Assembly: GCA_020184695.1 (NCBI GenBank)
Contig: JAANOX010000031.1
Span: forward strand, 1 to 49,603
Origin: Histomonas meleagridis 2922-C6/04-290x
Lineage: Eukaryota; Protista; Parabasalia
DNA: 49,603 bases
Direction of reading: 5' to 3'
Below are positions 42,783 through 49,603 of the stretch, in pieces. A program made the translations under genes and the position numbers. A model generated the notes under the pieces. That model was not told the DNA's origin. It ran no database searches and saw nothing but the letters and a program-made list of their open reading frames with translations. Numbering within the stretch: the stretch's first letter is position 1; each line of letters begins with the position of its first letter.

Positions 42783-44963
42783 ATGAAAAAACATGTTTCA
42801 AGCTTTTCGATAAAGGATGGAATGTCAAAAGAACTAATAGACAAATTTAGAGAAGCACAAATAGCACTTAACAACGAAATAGGAAATAACGAGGTCGAAA
42901 TTAATTATCGAGAAAAAGAATACAAATTTCTCGAAACAAGATTTCTAAACAATTTAAATAGCCAAAAAGATCACTACGTTGTTATTTACCTTTACCGTAG
43001 TTTATATTATTCAAAAGATAATACTCTACCAGCTTTCTATCAAGCATATTTAAAACATAAAAAAATATCACCTCTCTTTTATAATTCTCCTCCACTTAGA
43101 GATCTTGTTGCTTCTTTTGAAAATTGTAACGATCCAGAATTATTAGATGTATTCACGTTTGGACCATTTCCTTCTTATTTTTATTTTTTTACCACAAAAT
43201 TTGGGAATGAATTGTTTCTTCAAACAATATCATCCATTAAAGACAAAGAAAAATTTTATAGTTTTTCAAGAATGGCTTTTTATTCACCATTATTTCTTCG
43301 ATTTATCAGCAAAGTTTTTATTTCCACCATTTCCATGGTGAAACCACCCATTGGGACCGTATCACTAGGTAATACCATTAAGCAAAGATGGAGAATTAAT
43401 TCGCATTTAATTCCATCCTACATCATCGACCTTCTCAAAATTGAAAGGGACGATATAAAGCCAGCTAATATTTTGTATAACGGTTTTTTTCAAGAAGCAT
43501 GTTCCACACCAAAATCTCAAGTTTCCTTATCACAAATTGCATGTCTCACTGATTTTTTTCAAATCCCATCTGAAAGCCTTATGCTTATTCTTCAGATGGT
43601 CTTTTTTCCAGGGGATCCGAACAATATTCTTCAAGATCTTGTTGACATAACATTAAAAAGTAAAACGCAACCGATCAAATTCATCACCAATAAAGACAAA
43701 AACAACGTACCAAGTTTATTTACTTCATTAGTTATATCGTCAATTGATCATTACTTCATCACAAGTAATCACAAATCAGTCAATAAGTCAAAATCATATT
43801 CGCCATATGCTACGAAGCCACCAAACTTAATCATCGAAGATTCAATTCATAATCAAAAAGAAGCAACAATGGCGCAAGGAAACATCAAACCCGAAGTACC
43901 ACTTCGACATTTATTAAAGAAAGCGGACTTAATTCCATATTTTGAAGATGCGCCATATGATTTAACAACTGAAGAATTCGTCAATACGTATTTAGTTCAA
44001 TTAGGGCCACCGGAAACATTAATGGAACGTAAAGAAGAAGCAAACATATTAAACATGTTATGTGGATTTGATAACGAAGCAAATTTAATACGAACATTAC
44101 AAAAAGTTGTTTTAGATCGCAAAAAAGAAATTAGAGCGCTAAGTGCATTTGCATCTATTACAAATTCTCTTTTGACTATTGATAAGTTAACTATAGATAT
44201 ACGACGGCAAATCGAGAATTCTCTTTTATACTTTTTGATTTATAATGAGTTTAAGAAAGAAATATTAAATGAGAATAACTTTAAAGAATATATTAATAAC
44301 CCAAAATTATTTGTTGATGATTATACTAAAATTATTACAAAAGGTAAAAATGAAATTCCGAAATATTTAATAACTAAATCTTATCCAGAGATTTGTTATT
44401 GTATTTTGGCAAATTCGATTAATTATGAGAAATTCCTTTTGTTAAGACCTGAGTTAGAAGATTATGATAATTCGATCTCAACGAATTCGAATAAATTGAT
44501 CAATGATTTCATTATGAATAATTTCCCTGTTCCGGAAACAGAAAATAATAACAGAAAAAACAAAAACGTAATACTAAGAGAAATACTGAGAAATCTTCGA
44601 AACGAATTCGAAATTTGGGAATATATAATTGTCGGATTCATGGAAAAAAGTCCAATGCGAAAAATATCAATGTTAAAACAAGCTTTCGATATGATATATA
44701 ATTACTTCGAAGAAAAATGCCCTTCGAATATGGTGCTCGGAAGTGAGGAGTTCACGCCGATTTTTATTTTGTGTTTTTTGTATTCAAACCCGTACGGAGT
44801 GTTGTCGAATTATGTGTTTTTGAATGATTACGCTTGCGCACCAATTTTCGGTGAAATGTTTTCTTATGTGACGTCGCCGGCAATGGCTTCTTGTAAAGGA
44901 ATCTTTCAGTTGATTTATGAGGATATACCAATATCTTCTTTTTGTAAATATTCTACATGTTAA
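42783..44963 (+). CDS. VPS9-domain protein (putative Rab5-family GEF)
   Basis: C-terminal KSPMRKISML..GSEEFTPIFILCFLYSNPYGVLSNYVFL matches the VPS9 pattern (GADxFLPxLxxxxxxxNP..L.SN). Confidence 0.65.
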   Translation: MKKHVSSFSIKDGMSKELIDKFREAQIALNNEIGNNEVEINYREKEYKFLETRFLNNLNSQKDHYVVIYLYRSLYYSKDNTLPAFYQAYLKHKKISPLFYNSPPLRDLVASFENCNDPELLDVFTFGPFPSYFYFFTTKFGNELFLQTISSIKDKEKFYSFSRMAFYSPLFLRFISKVFISTISMVKPPIGTVSLGNTIKQRWRINSHLIPSYIIDLLKIERDDIKPANILYNGFFQEACSTPKSQVSLSQIACLTDFFQIPSESLMLILQMVFFPGDPNNILQDLVDITLKSKTQPIKFITNKDKNNVPSLFTSLVISSIDHYFITSNHKSVNKSKSYSPYATKPPNLIIEDSIHNQKEATMAQGNIKPEVPLRHLLKKADLIPYFEDAPYDLTTEEFVNTYLVQLGPPETLMERKEEANILNMLCGFDNEANLIRTLQKVVLDRKKEIRALSAFASITNSLLTIDKLTIDIRRQIENSLLYFLIYNEFKKEILNENNFKEYINNPKLFVDDYTKIITKGKNEIPKYLITKSYPEICYCILANSINYEKFLLLRPELEDYDNSISTNSNKLINDFIMNNFPVPETENNNRKNKNVILREILRNLRNEFEIWEYIIVGFMEKSPMRKISMLKQAFDMIYNYFEEKCPSNMVLGSEEFTPIFILCFLYSNPYGVLSNYVFLNDYACAPIFGEMFSYVTSPAMASCKGIFQLIYEDIPISSFCKYSTC

Positions 44964-45239
44964 ATAAATTTTGTATTTTATTATATTTTTTGTTTCTTGT
45001 AAAAATTGGATCATATGGAATCAAATTAAAATAGTAGTAAATGAGCATTTTTTTATAATTGGAAAGCTTTAAATTAAAATATTGATCTTTCAGAAGAAAA
45101 TATGAAAAAAATTAATAATGAACATTGTCAAATGAATTTGTCAAATATTTATAATTCTGGAAATATTAATAATCTCCCAATCAAAAAAATGGTGTACAAT
45201 TATTTTATTAATGCACTCAGAATAAATTTAAGATCGATC

Positions 45240-45308
45240 AAATAATTATTCTAGGTTTCAACGTACCTATTAATATCCTCAAATAATTATTCTAGGCTAT
45301 TAATATCC
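45240..45308 (+). repeat. Short tandem duplication with an internal deletion
   Basis: aaataattattctagg...ctattaatatcc occurs twice (45240, 45281); the second copy lacks 11 nt. Confidence 0.6.
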
Positions 45309-45489
45309 ACTTTTTGACTTTGTTTGATCCTATCGGATATAAAGTTTTCAAAAAAAATATTGAAAAAGTTCAAATCATGTAAACCATTTGTACGTTTTGC
45401 ATTATGTAAATATATGAAAAAGTGGGAAGTGGCATGTGATATGAAAATATTGAATTTTTTCATTGAACAAAAGTGTCAAATAATTCAGG

Positions 45490-45921
45490 ATGGCACCAAT
45501 CACAAAGTACAGCCTCCTCATATATAGCACTCACACAATTAATTGCCTCTATCACAAGGTATGGAACCAAGATGCATCGACAGCATCCAAAGAAGATCGT
45601 GAATCACTTCTATTTGGTCTTTTGTTTTCACTAAATAGAACTGCCCTTAAGATGTCACCAAAAGACAAGCCTGGACTACCTTCAAGCCTCACAACTTCCA
45701 AGTATAAAATGCACATTTACCAAACTGTTACTGGATATACTTTTGTCATTCTCACATCCCAAAATGCACCAAATCTCCGTGAAAAGCTTCGATCATTTTT
45801 CACACAAGTATTTTTACCAAACGTTATAATGAATCCAACATATGAACTTGATGAAGTTATCAAAATCCCATCATTCGATGCGGCTGTAGACAATTTTGAT
45901 TGGGAAAAGAAATCGAATTAA
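45490..45921 (+). CDS. TRAPPC1: TRAPP subunit Bet5/TRAPPC1 (sybindin-like)
   Basis: CLYHKVW; LLFGLLFSL..KMSP; TSKYKMHIYQTVTGYTFVILT; VIMNP. Confidence 0.85.
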   Translation: MAPITKYSLLIYSTHTINCLYHKVWNQDASTASKEDRESLLFGLLFSLNRTALKMSPKDKPGLPSSLTTSKYKMHIYQTVTGYTFVILTSQNAPNLREKLRSFFTQVFLPNVIMNPTYELDEVIKIPSFDAAVDNFDWEKKSN

Positions 45922-46348
45922 GCACTCACAATCCAAGCTTATCCAAACGCACAATAAAAATCATCTTATTCATTGTATTTATTATTAAGAATTTGCCTCT
46001 TCCTAAAATGTTAAATTGCAGTAACCATCTGATCCAGCAAAAGGTTAACATAGTGGATTGTGCATTTTGGTTAAATATTTTTTTTAAAATTTAAGAAAAT
46101 CAAAATTTCTCAAATGAGCTCATTTAATTTTTTTGCTGTAAGTCAAGCTTTGCTAAAGTGTATGTAAATTTTTAATCTTTTGTTTCTTTCGTGTAATGTT
46201 GTAAACTATTGCATTTCTTATTAAATAATTTTTTATATTGTTTCGATAAGATTTTCATAAAAATCAGCAACACAAATTAAAATATGAAAAGAAATTTATA
46301 AAAAATAAATAATATGAAAGAATAATATAACATTTTTATTAACAAAAC

Positions 46349-47143
46349 TTAATTTAAATGTTCGATTTCATGTTCAATATCTTCAATAATTTTCTTATCA
46401 TCCAATAATTTCATATTAATAGCCTTTAAAGCGTTTTCAATAATATTATCTCCTTTATTTTCAGATGTTTTCTTTTTTATTGAAGGGATTTTATATGATT
46501 TTATTTTTGGAGTTCCAATAACATTTTGATTATGACTATGATTTTTCCCCTGAAATGATTCATCTGAATCACTTACATCAATAAAACTTTCACTTGTTTT
46601 CTTTTTTGCATTGTCAACAGCTATGTCTAAATCATTTTCAAGTTTTTCTGTTTCTGCAAAAATTTTTCTTATTGTGTTTCTTTTTTCTTCTGCAATTGCT
46701 TGTTTTTCCAAGAGAAGTTTATTTATTTGATTAAATTCTTGTGTATTCTTTTGAAGATTAGTAAGAATTTCTGTGAATTTTAATTCTTCATTTTTCGTTT
46801 TTTCTAATGTTTCTTGTAGTGATTCTAATTTATACTTTAATTTATTTTCTTGGAAAGTTAGTTTCTTTTGTTCGATTACTAATTGTGATGACTTTGTTCT
46901 TTTTTCTTTTAAATCTTCATTTAGTTTGGATACATCGTCCAGAAGTTGGTTGAGCTTTTGACTTTGTTTTTCAGATTGAAATTGAAGTTTAAAATACTCA
47001 TCTTTTAATTTTGATAAATTATAAAGAGCAGCATGATACTCATCATCTTCTTTACTTTTTGTGCTATTTAAATTGCTACGAAAGTCAGAAATTGTTTTTG
47101 CTTCTGTACTTATTAATCTAATTTGTTTGAAAATAATGAACAA
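46349..47143 (-). CDS. Coiled-coil hypothetical protein; 5' end uncertain
   Basis: K/E/Q/L-rich heptad composition. The ORF starts at TTG and is in frame with ORF 47198-47488 across a single TAA. Confidence 0.6.
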   Translation of the reverse strand: MFIIFKQIRLISTEAKTISDFRSNLNSTKSKEDDEYHAALYNLSKLKDEYFKLQFQSEKQSQKLNQLLDDVSKLNEDLKEKRTKSSQLVIEQKKLTFQENKLKYKLESLQETLEKTKNEELKFTEILTNLQKNTQEFNQINKLLLEKQAIAEEKRNTIRKIFAETEKLENDLDIAVDNAKKKTSESFIDVSDSDESFQGKNHSHNQNVIGTPKIKSYKIPSIKKKTSENKGDNIIENALKAINMKLLDDKKIIEDIEHEIEHLN

Positions 47144-47400
47144 TCTATTTGCGAAATTAATGGAATTTACCTGGTGATTTTTTCTTATTTTGCAATATTA
47201 ATTTTTAATAGTTCTGCTTTTGCTGAATGAACTTGAGAACTTCAGGATTCTTGAATAATTTTTGAAATATAGTATAATGTTTGATAATCCATCATTTACC
47301 AACATATACTGTAGTTCAAAATCTTCTGAGTTTGACAAAGAGAATTTGGTAATTTTTGTTTGTTCCTCATCCAGATTTTTAAAGACGTTAAAATAAACAA

Positions 47401-47892
47401 ATGGAAGCAAGCGAATGGGAAAAAAGAGAATCAAAAGACGAACCAGGAAGAATTTTTTACTATAACAGAAAAACTGGGCAAAGTACATGGATTTGTCCTT
47501 ATGAACATTCTAAAGATGGACCATGGCCACCATTAATTTATATATCACACATTTTAGTGAAACATAAAGACGCAATTGATACAAACACATGGAAAGGCAA
47601 TGGGACTGTCGTTCGAAGTTCTAATGATGCAAAAATTAAATGTGATAACATGATAAACGATTTAAAGCTAGGAAATTGTACTTTTGAAGAGCTAGCTAGA
47701 GAAGAATCTGATTGTATAGAAACACATCAAAATGGAGGAGAAATAGGATGGATTAATAGATCAGATCCTCCTTCAATTTTTCCCAATCTGAAACCTAACT
47801 TTAATCGTTTTTCATTTGAATTAAAACTTGATCAAATTTCGGACCCATTCAGAAGTCCATATGGGTGGCACATTATCCGAAGAATTCAGTAA
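47401..47892 (+). CDS. PIN1: Pin1/Ess1-type WW + parvulin peptidyl-prolyl isomerase
   Basis: WEKRES..GRIFYYN..STW.CP (WW); SHILVKH; FEELAREESDC; GGEIGW; SPYGWHIIRR. Confidence 0.9.
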   Translation: MEASEWEKRESKDEPGRIFYYNRKTGQSTWICPYEHSKDGPWPPLIYISHILVKHKDAIDTNTWKGNGTVVRSSNDAKIKCDNMINDLKLGNCTFEELAREESDCIETHQNGGEIGWINRSDPPSIFPNLKPNFNRFSFELKLDQISDPFRSPYGWHIIRRIQ

Positions 47893-48138
47893 CAATATCC
47901 AAAAGATCCTATTAATAATATCTTTGTTATATGCTATTCCAATAACGATTTTTTTCTAATGTTGTTATAATTGAAATTCCCAAAATAATAAATTACGTAA
48001 ATTTTCATTACACTTAATAAAAACTTATCACTTTTTCTTGCCCCCTTTTGCTTTGGTTAACCTAAAAAAAGAATAGCGAAAAGAATAAATTCCTTTGATG
48101 GCTTAAATTTATTTAACAAATTATTGGTATAAAACAAA

Positions 48139-48342
48139 TTACAAGCCACTAGCGTTTGCTACAATTGCTGCTAGCAAGGTGTCAGCAGCTCCTGGTACTT
48201 GGGAGTCAACTTTTACAATTAATTGTGATATTTGAGCCAAATATGAAATTGTTGCCTTGTATTTTTCATCTTTCATTAGCTTTGCTATTGCTCCTGCGAA
48301 GCAGTTCGTTGCTTTTTGATGAGCTGATGGCCTCTCAGACAT
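48139..48342 (-). CDS. Small hypothetical protein, 67 aa
   Basis: ATG 48342 (MSERPSAHQKATNCFAGAIAKL...); GC content and composition look coding. Confidence 0.5.
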   Translation of the reverse strand: MSERPSAHQKATNCFAGAIAKLMKDEKYKATISYLAQISQLIVKVDSQVPGAADTLLAAIVANASGL

Positions 48343-48701
48343 TTCTTTTTTTCCTTTGACTTTTAAAATCAGCTTTATCACTTTTTGAGAACATAACCTC
48401 CTTTCCAGAAATGTTTGTAAATTCGACAAAATTCAATATTTGAATTTGAGGGGAAAAAATGAAACCAAACCAAAAATTTCGTTCGAATACATATTTAAGC
48501 AATGATAGCTCATTTAATCTGGCTTAGCTTTTGTAAGTTACTTTTGTAACAATATTTTAAATGCTTTTTTTATTGAAATCAAATGTTAATTACTAATTTT
48601 ATTTGTCAGTGTTCTAGCCTTTCGCATGAATATGCGTTCTCGAATTATAAACAGTGCAAAATAACGTTTTTTTTTTTTTTTTTTTTTTAAAACGCTGCAA
48701 A

Positions 48702-48827
48702 ATGACTGAAGAACAAATTCCAGAATGGCGAAAGGCTTTTAATTATCCGCTCGTTGTTGAAACAGATTTAGACGAGGATTTGCAATCTGAAATTTTTTCT
48801 TCGGTCATTTTTGCGACGTTTTCATGA
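48702..48827 (+). CDS. 5' fragment of a dynein light chain (LC8 family, DNAL4-like), cut off by the fold-back junction
   Basis: MTEEQIPEWRKAFNYPLVVETDLDEDLQSE resembles DNAL4 YKRLQTFPLVRHSDMPEEMRVE. Confidence 0.45.
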   Translation: MTEEQIPEWRKAFNYPLVVETDLDEDLQSEIFSSVIFATFS

Positions 48828-49603
48828 AAAAAAAACGTTATTTGCACTATTTATCATTCAGGCAGAAAATCTGAGGCCAATACGTAAACCCACGCTCTTG
48901 CCAAATCAATGGTACATATTCATGAGCTAGAACACTGACAAATAAAATAGTAATTAACATTTGATTTCAATAAAAGCATTTAAAAAATATTGTTACAAAA
49001 GTAACTTACAAAAATAAGCCAGGCCAAATGGTATCATTAGCAAATATAGCTGTTCGAACGAGTTTGATTCAGTTTCATTTTTCCCCTCAAGTCAGGTAAT
49101 TTTGTCGAATTTACGAGGTATGTTGCTCAAGTATAAACTGATGCAAAGTCGAAGGAAAAGCCATCAATAAATCAAAAGCAACGAACTGCTCGCAGGCAAT
49201 AGCAAAAGCTAATGAAAGATGAAAATACAGGTAGCTGGTCATGATTAGTGTAAAGAGTTGACTCCCAATGCCAGAGGCTGCTGACACTGCGGCTGGTAGC
49301 CAGCAGGCGCTTGAGTGGCAGCAATTTGTTTATGCCAATATTTGTGAAATATTCAAAACCATCAGGGAGGTATTCTTTTCATGACCCTTGGGTTAACAAA
49401 GGAAGAAGTGATAAAGTTTTTATTTAAGTGTAATGAAGAGTACGTATTATTTTGGGATTTCAGTACTGTAACATTAGAAAAATCGTTGACAAACTGGCAT
49501 ATAACAATATTATTAATAGGATCTTTTGGATATTGTTACTGAATTCTTCTATTGCCGCCCATATGGACTGCAGATGGGTCAGAGAGTACTGATGAGACAC
49601 AAT
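48790..49603 (-). repeat. Error-rich inverted copy of ~47835-48720 (probable fold-back read artefact)
   Basis: For example, 48903-49010 is the reverse complement of ~48530-48630, and 49500-49580 is the reverse complement of the Pin1 3' end, with many indels and substitutions. Confidence 0.85.

Noticed and set aside
33533-46961. Many short ORFs overlapping real genes (e.g. 33533-33850, 37332-37553, 40384-40788, 42243-42599, 46773-46961)
   Set aside because: They are antisense or alternate-frame shadows of well-supported CDSs, with no independent motif support.
47145-47170. 26-nt GT...AG candidate intron at the 5' end of the coiled-coil gene
   Set aside because: No branch motif at the expected distance, and splicing joins an upstream frame blocked by TAA and TGA.

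Overview
AT-rich eukaryotic DNA that reads as a parabasalid (trichomonad or Tritrichomonas-like) genome. It has compact, mostly intronless genes, BspA-like LRR surface proteins, DUF3447-ankyrin paralogues and trichomonad-type Inr/M3 promoter motifs; the species cannot be determined from sequence alone. About 1-20 kb is indel-ridden (even TFIIS is frameshifted) and is probably low-accuracy consensus. About 20-48.7 kb is clean. The last ~800 bp are an error-rich fold-back copy of the preceding sequence. Recognisable genes: M18 aminopeptidase homologue, TFIIS, a bacterial-type F420-0:glutamate ligase-like gene, C2/TerD and TerD proteins, a Src1/MAN1-like protein, BspA proteins, two HMG-box proteins, a Cdc15/Cdc7-like STE kinase, MFAP1, QNG1, a Has1/DDX18 C-terminal half, a Rab GTPase, a VPS9 protein, TRAPPC1 and Pin1. 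The standout is the ankyrin gene at 23389-26061 (minus strand). Each ankyrin repeat is an open, stop-free 93-nt module (the last is 99 nt). The modules are separated at the same point by nine AT-rich spacers, seven of them exactly 77 nt. Eight spacers lack GT-AG ends and the one GT...AG reading breaks the frame; several carry in-frame stops. All nine have TG exactly 21 nt from the 3' end, and four show a hairpin in one register with compensatory base changes. The same elements occur in a degraded paralogue at 17.3-18.0 kb. This points to an unconventional RNA excision or ribosome-bypass system; the mechanism is inferred, not shown.
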